Source: Pecten maximus (Eukaryota). Taken from it: 64,000 bases of DNA. The stretch lies in assembly GCF_902652985.1 (NCBI RefSeq), contig NC_047028.1:24924001-24988000 (forward strand), written 5' to 3'. How positions within the stretch are numbered: position 1 is the stretch's first letter; each line of letters begins with the position of its first letter. Of this stretch, positions 40,615 to 53,800 are shown one piece after another. Under the pieces are notes generated by a model. That model ran no database searches. It saw only the letters and a list, made by a program, of their open reading frames with translations, and was not told the DNA's origin. The translations under genes were made by a program, and so were the position numbers.

Positions 40615-43600
40615 TCAATCATACACACTGGAGCCAAACTTATGGTAGAGGACAGCAACATGTCGTTTGAATGGATCCACAACTAAATAAGAAAATGTCT
40701 GTTCATGGCGTTTGTCTGCTGGATAGTACATATGGCCGTCATCCTAAACAAAACAAATATGAATGTATAAATTGAAACTGATTTATTTTATATTTATCTT
40801 TAAAATTTATGTTTAGGTGAATGGACACTTTAAAATGTTTGATTAAAAAATACACTTTAGAAACATTAAATCATGAAACATCTATGAAGAATGATTAAAG
40901 ACTTTTGTGTTTAACCTTTTCAATATACTACACTTCATTATTTTAGCATAATATACTATCTTTATCAGTAAATAAGCCTCTTGGCCACAAATAAGCTATC
41001 TTTTTCATTTTTGCATAATTATCAATTTCGAAACAGAAAGTGGTTCACAACAGCCCATCCTAACTTTAATACTAATTTTTTACACTCGATAAGAGGTTCA
41101 TTGGAGGATAAATACCGTACTATTTTGAAATTGTCTATTTTACAAAAGAAGGGAAATGTTTTATTATACATCTGTATAAATAACATAAATAATGCACTTA
41201 CTGAAGCTTCCACTTTGAACACACTTGATATAATGTTTAACTCCTTGGTTTCTGAGTTCTTCTGCACACTTTAAAAAAGAAATTATTTCATGAATAAAAC
41301 GTTTTCTAAAAATGCATTCAATATGACGTTTGTTGATGAAAATAGAAAAAATTAGATCCTGAAGGGAAATAAGTCTCCGCTAGAAAACTAAGATGGTATA
41401 ATGTCTTCAATACACTGGCAGTTTCTACAACCGTATTCGAAATTTTGGACCATAAATACATGTATAAACATGAATCATCTGTAATACTTCATTACTTTTG
41501 ATAACTTTTTAAAAAGCAGACAAATTTTGTTGTTTTAAGGTATTTGATGTATTATTATAAAGGCTGAATAGAAAAATCACAACTATAAATCAATTTCTCA
41601 TGGAAATGCAGAAAATTAAAAAAATATTGAGAAAAGAAAATTACTGGTTTGTTATCGTAATATTTCAAGGGGACTCTTCTTACCCCCCCCACCCCCATCA
41701 AGTGAAATCAATAGAACAAAACTATTCTGTGCATGCCAAAGAGACATAACGTACCTCAAAACTGGACTAACTCGCTTATAAATTTAACACAGTAAAATGG
41801 CGCTCATATGGAATTTACCTAACTCTTTGTATAAAAATACTCGGGTACTTGTACATTTGTTAATTGGTTTTGCATGAAAATCCAAAATGTTTGTATAAAC
41901 ATGTACAGACATATACTGTGACAGGTGTTAGTGTTCTCACCTGATAAGGTCCTTGTACATCTGTTTTGTAATATCTAAATATGGGTCAATGATATCCTCA
42001 TATTGACAGATCTTCCCTCCCAGACAGATGTGCTGGAACAGTCGAAACAGGAATTCTTCTCTCTCGCTGTCATTGTATAAACAATAGTTGTCGGAGTCAT
42101 CAATCAGCAGCAGCTACAACAGAAAATTATTGTCATGTGACTTTTCGACAAACGTCAATCATCAAAATATAAAACATGTGATGGATGTACAGTGTGGAAG
42201 CACTTGTATGTAAAAAATATAAAAATCTTCTCTCAGGTGAAAATGTAAATACCTTCCTCAGTTCATCAGAAATCGTGAAATCTTGATAAAACTCATCAAA
42301 GCATTTGCGAATGGCACCATTTTCTCTAACAATATCATTGTCTGTGAGTCGGTCAAACAGCGTCATAGACAACACCGTGCAGGGTACAGGTTCAACTGTC
42401 ACACTAGTTGCAGACACACCTATAAAAACAAATATACGCTTATAAATGTAACCAGTACCAGCAATACAGCATTGGTTAAAATAACACGAAAAACAACATT
42501 TTCTGCTCTTTGAAAACAAAGTATCTTGACAAAAAACAAAAAATACCCTGTATTGGGATATCAATATAGAAGTTTATAAGTAACCAGTACTCACCTACTG
42601 GTGACCAGGTGCAGTTTTCTGATACGGTTTGCAGAGTTGAAACCACATTAGGGTCCTTTAGAAAATCCTACAATAACAGCACACATTTTTATGATTTCAG
42701 AAGTAATAGGTGGAGTAGCCTCCCTTAGATGGTGATAAAATCATTTCATGTAAAACATATTAAAACAGTAGACCACAATTGTAATATAAAACCTTACCTG
42801 ATTGTTACACCTAAATATCAAACAGTGTTGTCATAATTTTAGATACGCACATGCTAGTTCCTGCAAAGCTACAGCATTTAAATTGAAAGAGGTGGAAAAT
42901 TACAATTTCAAAGCTATATTCAACTTTTCATGCAGGTGACTCCTATTTATTTATTTATATTTTTTTTGGAAAATCAAATACTGGTTGGCAGCTAATATTC
43001 ACTATGTTGCTTGTGACAAAACCACACTTTACACCACAAGCACTTTCTAATGCTTTGGATTTGCAGATATTTTCAGATTTTGGGCTGTTTCCATTTGCTA
43101 TATGGGACTTGAATATAGGGCGGAACAATAACGCTCCTATCGAAGCGTAGCCAGAGTTTCCTCTTGCCCTGCCATCATGAGGCATGGCGTTAGGGCCAGA
43201 GGAAACTCAGGCTAACCTAAGTGATTAGCTAATGGGGATCAACATACTAGACTTCCTCTTCAGGTGCATAGTTCTAAAAGCAGAGAGTATAATGTCATTT
43301 TACTAGCTCAGACTAGTGGGATTTCCCCTTTAGCCTTATGGTAGGATAATTGATTGCCTTGAGAGAGAAAGGTTGCTTGTTCTAAGCCTGGCAAGAGTAT
43401 TTTTCATTAAAATCCTTCCTATCATATTGTTATAACAATGCGGACAAGTTGGTCCTGTTCCATCAAATGATATTAATGATACCATGTCTTACATGTTCAT
43501 TGTATTTCCTGACAATATTGACAATTAATTTTTGACATGTAGGCCTAATAACTTATGAAGTAAACTAGCAAATTAAAACAGAACATGTACAAGGGAAAGC

Positions 43601-44124
43601 CCTGATGTATAAATACACTTACTGCAACAAAATCATCTTTCTGGTAAGCCTGGAATGGTTGGTCAAAACTATACATTTGGCATTTTATCCTCCCGTGCAT
43701 AGACCTACACAAATGTAAGATATAAGATTAAAAGAATATTCTAGAAACCGATATTATATCCGACAAATGTACGTTATTTACGATAAATTGTTGCTTTGAG
43801 TAAATGCCGAGCAGAAAATGCGTCCATAATTTTGTATCCAAATGCCGATACCGAGATTAAATCACTTTTATATATAAGGTAACTCTGGGATTAACATCAA
43901 CTTTACATGTCTGGATGCGTCTATGGCAACGACACACGCCAATGACATGTTTTACATTCTAATTTTCATATTTCCTCATCAAAAGTATGAAAAATGTAAA
44001 TTCAACACATAATTATGATCCTTTACCATTTCATAAAGAATTCTTTGTGTTCTTTCCCCTCAATCGATTCAAATTTCTTTCCTTTCAGCTCCTGGAATGT
44101 AAATTTTGCTCCTTTCGCGTCCAT
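40615..44124 (-). CDS. CFAP300: Cilia- and flagella-associated protein 300 (C11orf70 ortholog), ~262 aa (exons 44124-44027, 43704-43623, 42667-42595, 42419-42253, 42113-41941, 41268-41202, 40743-40615)
   Basis: The spliced translation contains [94 protein letters not shown] and HEQTFSYLVVDPFKRHVAVLYH, which I recognise as C11orf70/CFAP300. All introns are GT-AG and in frame (789 nt). AATAAA lies on the minus strand at ~40541-40546. Confidence 0.95.
43148..43215. mobile_element. Short hairpin MITE in CFAP300 intron 2
   Basis: TAGCCAGAGTTTCCTCTTGCCCT ... AGGGCCAGAGGAAACTCAGGCTA inverted arms. Confidence 0.6.
43917..43930. promoter_or_regulatory. Candidate RFX X-box in CFAP300 intron 1
   Basis: GCGTCTATGGCAAC (reverse GTTGCCATAGACGC), ~200 bp from the start codon of a motile-cilia gene; RFX factors are the established regulators of ciliary genes. 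Confidence 0.5.
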
Positions 44125-44777
44125 GTTGAATCTTGGTTAAACAGACGCTTAAACAGACAGTCTTTGTTATCTCGACGCTTATTAATTAAATGCGCCAAGT
44201 TATATTGGGTGCAACAAAAACCGCTCAGTATCACAATATTCTGCTTAGTGATAACATATATATACCTTCAAGAAAGTTTGATAATTTTGATACAATTTTT
44301 AATAAGATAGGGATGTTATAAAATAGATGAAAGCAGATTATTTAGAAGTTTCCGCTGCATGTAAGTTGCTTTTTGATGTCATCTTTCTGTGTATAGGCGT
44401 ACATCCATTGATAATTATTAGTTTTGCAGTCACCAAAAACAGTTTAATCTGTCTTTTTATTTTTATTTTATTCATTTATTGTTTTCATTTTCTTATTGGC
44501 GATTATATATAACTCTTCCATGAAACAGTTATCTCCCCTGGGACGCCACTGAAATGACAAATCGGTCTGTTTCTAAATGTAATATTTCAGGCATTATGTC
44601 TTGACGGAACTGCAGATGTTTATGCAGGCATTGAAAGTAAGTCTTTTTCAAGGTCGTCTAAAAACAACAAAAAATCACCAGGTCCGTCTTTATTACATAA
44701 GCGCTATGTGTACTCTGGTCCAACAGGTCCAACCGTTTGGACCGAGATAAACGAAAACGGCCCTATATACATGTATA

Positions 44778-45332
44778 TGGGGCACCGTTTTACAATTTAT
44801 TCCCATTTGGTGATATCACCTATTCAAATGAGTGATATCACCTATTCGAATAGGTGATATCACTTAAGAACTTTTTAAAGTGATATCACCTATTCGAATA
44901 TGTGATATAACCTATTCGAATGAGTGATATCACCTATTCGAATAAGTGATATCACCTACTCGTTTCATTAAGTGATATCACCCATTCATATAGGTATCAC
45001 TCATTCGAACAGGTGATATCACTTATTGAAACGAATAGGTGATATCACCAATTCGAATAGATGATATCACTCATTCGAATATGTGATATCACTTAATGAA
45101 ACGAATAGGTGATATCACCAATTCGACTAGGTGATATCACTTATACAATTTCATAAGTGATATCACCTTTTCCAATTGGTGATATCACCTATTCGAATGA
45201 GTGATATCACCTATTCGAATAAGTGATATCACCTATTCGTTTCATTAAGTGATATCACTATTCGAATAGGTGATATCACTGATTGAATAGGTGATATCAC
45301 CAAATGGGAATAAATAGTAAAACGGCGCCCCA
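44778..45332. mobile_element. MITE with TA TSD, ~45-bp TIRs and an internal array of palindromic GTGATATCAC repeats
   Basis: TGGGGCACCGTTTTACAATTTATTCCCATTTGGTGATATCACCTATTC pairs with GAATAGGTGATATCACCAAATGGGAATAAATAGTAAAACGGCGCCCCA; flanked by TA; interior built from GTGATATCACCTATTCGAATAG units. Confidence 0.85.
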
Positions 45333-45809
45333 TATATATATACATGTAGTTACTCTACGAGTCTTGTAAAAGTTTCCTTAACGATCGCGACTGGATAACA
45401 CGAATCGGTGATATTTTGGTGCATGTATTTTTTATATCAGTCATCAAATCTTTGAAAATACACCAATTATCCTAATTTTTAGTGTAATTTGATTTCTAAT
45501 TTTCTTCGGTGACAAATGCAGCGCATCATATTTTCACGGGATGAATTGCACAATAGTTGATTTTTAAATGTCGAATAGTTAAATTGCAGCAAAATGACTA
45601 TGGATATTTTTGTTTTGATATTTAATGCATAAAAGACAAAATGAACATATGTAAGACAATACAAAAAATGTTATTTTTATCATGTATCATTCTATATGAG
45701 CGGTCAAATTTTTGGACATAAAGAACATGAAAATGATTATTAACATGCATTTGCATCTGTCATTCTTTCTTACATTGAACACAAGAGAACAAACTGGATA
45801 AAAATATAC

Positions 45810-45995
45810 AGGGATTGGGTTGGAGCATCCCGGGACTTGCATCTTCGTTAGTCAAGGCTTTTGATTACCTTTCATCCAAAGTTCCCGGCATCCCTTTTTG
45901 ACTCGTGCCCCGACAGGGCCTCGAACTCACGATCTACGGCACCCAATCGCCTAGCCAGAAATACCCGCAGCTTATACCGCTGCGCCACATCGGCG
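45810..45995 (-). mobile_element. tRNA-derived SINE-like element with a different body
   Basis: Minus strand: GCCGATGTGGCGCAGCGG (A box) and GAGTTCGAGGCCC (B box), with extended A-B spacing; no clean cloverleaf. Confidence 0.5.
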
Positions 45996-47886
45996 TTCTT
46001 AAAAAGAACGTTTCAATGGCGCAGTGATGGTCGGCCCGATACCCTGACATGATCATTGTGGAAGTCGTCTATAAGATGATAGGAATACCTGGATCGCAAT
46101 GCATTTACATACATGGATACGAATTGTACATATAGTCTTATTTTCCCCAAGGTCTCGTTTTAGCACATTACGTGAAGTTAACAGACTAAGTAAGGTCCAT
46201 ATGACTTGTATTGAAAAGCTTCTCGATAAATGCAGCCTCTATACATAAAAAGATAGGCCCGCCACAAGAGTGACACGCCATATCAGCCACCATAAAAAGC
46301 CTTTTGGAAGATCTTACCTCCAAACGCGTTCACTACTAGATTTTTCGAAACATTTTCATCCTCTGAAAATCTTTATTATTCACAGATAAACTTAAACGTG
46401 TACCAGGAGGGCACATGCATATAGAGCCTGCATGGTTTGTAACAGTTTTGTTGAGAACTGTACCTGTTGGTTCTTTGTGTTACAAAACTGAGGCTGAGGA
46501 GGGAGAGTCTGTAATGTCCGTGATTTAAATTCCTCATTGAATATTCGACTAGCATGGTCAATACTGGTTTATTATATATCTGAAAGTGAAATCGAAAGAC
46601 ATGCAAGGTCTTGGGTTGCCTCTGCCATGCACGAAAACAACAATATGTCGGCCAAAAGGGATATGTCCTTCGCCGCTCCTACCCGTGGCACTTTGTGTTT
46701 CTGGGGAAGGTGAGAGACGGGTCGGTCTATGGGCAAGACATTTTTCCCTTATTGCTTTTATATGACGTGCAATGGGCATCCTGTATGTTGTTCAGCGGGG
46801 TAGCCACCAACTACTACAAGGGGACACCCCTTCACAATAGCCTTGGAAATCCCAAACAATGTCGATAACTATCACGACTCTATTCTTGCTATGTCCCGCC
46901 ATGGACGTAATTTTGGTTTGTATCATATGTCTTCCATTGCGGACCCTGAACCTTTATAAATAATAATAATGATAAAGAACTGCTGCAGAAGAAAATGTGA
47001 AGCGTCAGTTTGGGTAAGGATGCTGTTCAGAGTGAAAACGATAGACAGTAGTTCACGAAACAACAAAAAATATGAACTTTATTATTTATAGTTTTGCAAT
47101 TGATAAATGCATGTCAATTATTGATAAAAACGTTTTTGAGGAAATGATCGTATGGATTTATCGAAAACTGTGAAAGCCATCTGTGATAGAACATTATTCA
47201 AACAATTTTCTCGACTTTGTAAAGTTTGGTAATCTAATGCAATATGGTCTGATTCGTATTATTTTAGGTATTCTAAAAGAGAATGATCAGTTTGTATTTC
47301 ATCAGTTTGGAAATGGGTTAAAGTGTAGGTAGGGTTTACATGTTTATCGAGAAAGTCGAGATTCTCCCCAAAACAGTAATATAACTGTATGTAGATCCAA
47401 AGATAAAGCCAAAGATTAGCATCTTAATTGTTTTTCATATTAAATTCAATAAATAAAAGTACCTGTTTACTTTTCCATGTTTTTTGTTATCGAAACTGCT
47501 GATTTCTATCAAAATAATAACAGTTTTGCTCACTCAATGCTCGTTTCTGAAGGAAGAAAATAAACTCGTGCAACAAATTCGATATCATATCATCACTTTT
47601 ATCAAGTCATCCGTATTTCATGTATACGAAATTATTCTTTAAAATCGTCTCCATTTAAGTCCAATAGCTGTTCCAGTTGAACGTCCTAACGGCACATAAA
47701 GGTCATTTTAAGAAAAGAGAAGCACGGAATATCCATGATTTAAATAGCACAAGGTATCTTTTTTTATTTGTATTGATTTCACTAAAATGTCTTTTGTTGA
47801 GAAATTCAGAAGAATTATTTCATATCGTAATCAATAAAAGTCTTTGATCAAATCACTTTGTTGCTAGATTCCGGATTTTCTCCACG

Positions 47887-50800
47887 TCATAACGTCGTCT
47901 TTGAACGTAGAAAAGCTTCCAACTTCGGGGGTTCGTTAAGCGCCTGTGAAAACGAGAGAAAAGATGATAAAAATAACGGTACAATTTTATGATCTAGTTG
48001 AACAATGACATATGTAATATTTAGCCACAGGTCAGACTACTAACAATTGTCTGATTGATTGGTTTAACTACGCATCACCACACATAGCACATGCAGCGTC
48101 AAGAAAATGGCAAAACTCAAGAACCTTGTACATGCAATATATATATATATATATATAAAACTGTATAGGGATCCTGCTCTTATGATACCAATCTTTTATC
48201 CCTGTGTCGATGCTTACGTTAATATCTCGTTTAATTTATCTCTAAAAAGTAATGACGTCACACGAACTTAATTTTTCCTTTTGCGTCAAAATAATGTATC
48301 TTACAAACATAACATATTAAATTGGACGTAGAAAATCCAATGTGATGTAAGTAAATGTTTAGATTCGCGCTGAAGGGGATTTTTTTTTTATCTCGGTTAA
48401 TATGTACTCAAAAATGTTTCTGACGGTTAATATGTACTCAAAAATGTTTCTGACTATCTAGCCGCTTTAATATACTGTAGAGCTACTTATATCTTATATA
48501 TAACGGAACGATAATCAGAATCATTCGGAGTAGATCTGATAAATATAAGTACAACATATCACACCTCAAAATATCTCGGAACCAACCATCAATAGGTAAC
48601 CGATTATAATGAATAAATATCAAACAGGAAAAAGAGAACCCAGAGCAGTCTTCCATTTTCCATAACCTGTACCAATGTATGCTTTCTTATCTTAATTCTT
48701 CAGGCATTATTATTTTGTTTGATAATAAAAGAATGGTGAAGTCTTTGCGACAAACATAAGAAACTTTTTCAATATTGTACCTCTACAAGATATCTCTTCT
48801 GTCTTGTGCCGTTTCTGGCAGTCTGTGCCCTCCGCTTGGGTAGCGTTTCTTTTGAGTCTCCCTCTGTTCCATCTCCTCCACGGCTTCTATGTATCCACTC
48901 CTTCATCTGTTTATCGAGTTCCATCAGTACCCTAGTACTAGTTTCCAACTCTGGAAGATAACTATCCAGACCCATATAGTGTATGTCCAGCACTTTCATT
49001 AACTTCACTAGACCTTGGTCATGCTTTTCCAGTCTTGTGTATTCATAGAATCCATAATAAAGAAATTCCTTGTCACTGTTCGCCGTACGTCGTTTGTGCT
49101 TAGATTTCAAGAGTTTCAGTGACTCCGTGTCACGTAGTTTGATTGTCAGGTATTTCAGAAAAGGTGCGTACGCATCCGAGAGTTGCGCGCGGTGAATGTA
49201 TAAAAACAGTCTCATGCACAATGTGTGTTTGAGCATGTCCACAGCGCGTGATGCCGAACGCCGGTGGAATAAACGCTGGTAGTTTGCCTTGCTGAGAACA
49301 AGTATTTCGGAACTTCTCGTCACCGTACATGTCTCTATGAAGGTAGGCAGTCCAACGACAAGTTCCAAAGCTCCTGCAGAAAATCAATACATCAATGTAA
49401 AAACATCAATAAAAAACACCGATGATAACAGGTAATTTTACGTCGTATGAACTAATCAGCCCTTCGATGTCTATATGAGGGGTAATAAAATTAGCTATAG
49501 GTTCAGCATATAACTTTGCATATATATATCAGCACCGTCCAGCTGACGTGAATGTATCATTATCATTATAATCAATATAAATGTATACACATAACACACT
49601 TTTCTATGATACAGGATAGCAAAACTAAAGCATTGAATAACAATATCCTGTCTCGCTGTGGGTAACAAGAGAAACACTTATTAATTACAGCTATATTTAG
49701 TTATTTTAGTTCAATCCTGTTTTGTTGTGATTAAATGATCAAATAGGTAATATGTTGAGGCACCCACTAAAAATATTCTTTTTGGTTTTTAGCGGCTGAA
49801 TGGATCCATCCTACAGCAATCCACGGTGAGCTGTATGTGTATAAAACTGAGTAACTTACCGACCATTTCATTGGCTCCAAGCAGACACATAGGGAACTGT
49901 TTGTGAGCAATTCGTTTCCTTTTCAGTGTTTCGTATGGCGTATAATTCATTCCATAGTTTCTGAAATAATGACAAATAAGATTAATGAAGAGCAAAGTTA
50001 AGCAATACTCCATTCGGGTGTAGACATTGCCTCCCTTCAGTACCAACATCTTGTTTCATTTCAAACTACTTCTAGACTTTTCTACCATATTATTTTTTGA
50101 AACTCACTGACATAACGTTACATAACAAACGATGTATAGAGACTATATATAGACATAATTTCATCGCCAAGCTTATGTTGCGTTTAACGTCATCAGAACA
50201 GGCAGGGTAATGTGAGGACGGTTGTCATGGAGACATAAGGAAAAAATCCCGATTTTTTTATAGGCCTACTTTTTTGTCACCTCCAACAGCATGTACTCCT
50301 TTACGGGTTACAATGAAACAAATAGTAAAATCTCAAAGGTCCATCAATAGATCTTAGGACATATGGCATGCTCGATGATTTAGAGTTAGAGAAAATGATC
50401 TATATATTAATATAATGATAGGTAAGGCTGTTATATTAAGATAAAGACGGTGGTCTGGATCTAAATAATAATCAGCAACGTCAAGTAGGATATTAGTGGC
50501 ATGAGGATATTAGTGGCATGGTGCTTTAGGCAGTTTTAATTATATTTTTCCAAAAATTGCATGATGTCTAAGACAATTTGATTATTGTTTCAAAAGCGAG
50601 ATTCTTTACAGCAGGTCTGACTAGTTATATGTACAGCTATTTCCAAAAGTGAGATTATGTACAACAGATCTGACAAGTTACATGTACAGCTATTTCCAAA
50701 AGTGAGATTCTGTACAGCAGGTCTGACTAGTTATATGTACAGCTATTTCCAAAAGTGAGATTCTGTACAGCAGGTCTGACAAGTTATATGTACAGCTATT

Positions 50801-53800
50801 TCCAAAAGTGAGATTCTGTACAGCAGGTCTGACTAGTTATATGTACAGCTATTTCCAAAAGTGAGATTATGTACAACATGTCTGACTAGTTATATGTACA
50901 GCTATTTCCAAAAGTGAGATTCTGTACAGCAGGTCTGACTAGTTATATGTACAGCTATTTCCAAAAGTGAGATTCTGTACAGCAGGTCCGACTAGTTATA
51001 TGTACAGCTATTTCCAAAAGTGAGATTCTCTACAACAGATCTGACAAGTTATATACTAGTAGCTATACTATATAACAGCTTTAGGGTTATCTCCAGGACA
51101 TATTGGGTCAGAAGATCGTCTTACAAAGGGTCAAACCTTATACTACTTACAACATGGTAGATACAATGAAATCGTGGTATCATTGTCACACCGGTATGAT
51201 GACTAGGGCTATTATAAGTATCTCGATTCTGAACAATTTTCACGTATTGTTCACTAATGGTCGATGGTGTTAAAAGGGTGGTCGATCGAATATCGGGTGA
51301 TACAACACTACACTATTATTTTAATATATGACCATCGAATCTTTCTGTTATGCCCTACGGATGGACGACCCAAGCATGACCTCACTTTTAATCCAGTTTT
51401 ATTTCCGAAAACATGTTTTATATAGGTCGATCCGACAAAGACATTTGTTCGATAAATGTATTAAACTTCCTTTAAATATTCTAACAAATAACGAAATACC
51501 GTATAAAATTGGACATCAAAAAGATAAGAGGTTTCTATATCCGAAATCCAAATTGGGTTTGAGAATTTACGAGTTATGCGTTTATGTGTGAGTGCGTGTT
51601 TCAGATTAGGACTGGTCAGTCTTGGCTGACCACTGGTCTGATTTATCGACTGTACTTACGGTGGTAAAAGTTCTGGTAATAACCTGACCATCTCAGCCCA
51701 AAGATCTGGATATTGACTTCGATGCTTTCCCTGATCGACCATCACTTCGGCCTCTCCGCTGAAAATAGATAAATGCTTACACTCATTTTCAAGCTTGATA
51801 TTGACATTTATAATTAAATAAGGATATTTGGAAAGTATGCATTGGTTAAATAACACAATGCAGGCATTTGTTTTTAAAACGTTACAATCTTTAAACATGC
51901 TATAAAACATTTTTTCATAACAAATTTCAGTGACAGAGAGGAAGAAAGTGTTTATTATATCCAAAATTCGTTAAATAATAGGATTGATCATAACTCGGGA
52001 TTTTCTTTTCTTTTTTCGTAATAAGCGGAAATTTTAACCAAGCTTGTTCGCCTTCAGAAAGTTTTACTGTATTATCTAAATTGTAAAACTGATATTTTAT
52101 TTGTTGAAGGTTTGAAATACGGTGTACATTATAATACACCAGATTTAGAAAATAAACACAAGTTTATATATAAATAAATATAAATATTTCAAGTATATAC
52201 AACAATATATGACTATGAATTACAGGGCGATATTGATTATGGAACAAAAAGTTTGCGATTCAAATCCATTATTTTGTTTTGTATGCTACAAATTGAAAAG
52301 GAATGAATATAATAAAAATAATTATATAAATTTCTTATAAAAGCCTTTCGCTTTTTGTATTTGAAATGATTTTTCGATAATTTAGCAGTGGGATATAAAT
52401 TTGTTTGGCATTACAGCTTGTCATTTTGCCTACAGACTATAGTCTCAGTATCTACTATGTAAGAATAAGAATACCTATTAATTGTCGTGTAGAATGCTCT
52501 TTATCAAACTCTTTTCTTATATCGCTTATCGCTCGCACGATTGTGAGAAACAATTTTTTTTAATCACATTGAAATATTTCAACACTACAGTTGTACAAAC
52601 TGTTTCTAATCAAACCTTCTTATGAAGTAGACGTTGTCAATTTCCTGTCCTTGTTTTGTTAGCCGACATCCGTAGTGGAATGTGTCCCTTTTTAAAGATA
52701 TCGCCATTGATTTTTTCTGTCGAGATGTCCATTGTTCAAATAGTGGATTATTTTCTACAAATTCTGTCTTTTCTCTGAACTCTCTTTCTAACACGTCGCG
52801 GACTGAGCGATTGTACAGCGCTCTGTCTATGACAAGTAGTTCTGAGTTCGAGTCTACTACCACACTGGCTGTTCGTATGCAGTCTTCCTTAATCAGGGCG
52901 ATCTCTCCGACAGTGTGTCCGTCTCCTTTATTGGTTCAACAATAGGAATAATGACCAACACAGAAAATTTTTTAACAATTAACAATTTGTACCATTTTAA
53001 ACATTGTTCCTTTTTTCTTTTCTTTTTTGAAACAAAAATACTTTGACAAGCCGTTGTGTAGAGAGGTAATGAGCACAATCGTCACGTGGAATGAAAGTCA
53101 GTTCCTTCAAATTTAACGTTGCAAAAAAGTGGTCAACTATAGTAATCGTTTCTTTATTAAATTGTTCATTTTCTTGTTATTAATGAGCATACGGTATTTT
53201 TCGAAATACTTCAAAAATAAATTGAAAACAGACCTGATGTCCATACGTGTTGTCCGAGCGCTGACCTCTCCAGCTTCCCCCTAGAACACACTTTTTCAAC
53301 ATGTTGTCGTACTTCCTGTTCATTTTCCTTATCATGGTAGACATATATTGACAATTTCCCTTTTAAAATAATGTATAACCTGAAATTGAAAAGGTTCAAG
53401 TTCTGAGAAGCAACTTTCAAATACGACAATACATTACTCTAAAACAAAAAAGTCTAACAAGACAAATATGCAACTTGTATACAAAATTTTGATAAACACA
53501 GTTTTATATTGAATAAGATTTGATCAGAGCGACAGAACAAACCTTTGTAAAATAGTATTGTTACAATACTGTTATTAGACTTTTGTATTATTCGTTTCTC
53601 AATCTCACTTTTGTTCAGATCATCTACATTGTAACTAATTGATTCCTGGGTAATGTCACACGGCTACATATGAGATTAAGTCCCTCATAAGAATGATTTA
53701 AATGACATAAATCAGGAAGATCACTTTAGCAAATCACTTAAATTTAACACGACGATGAATAAAGACTAAGACAGTTATAATATAGGCTTCCAATTAAAGC

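Noticed and set aside
45900-45995. Possible tRNA gene
   Set aside because: A and B boxes are present, but no consistent acceptor stem or anticodon arm could be built; treated as a SINE head.
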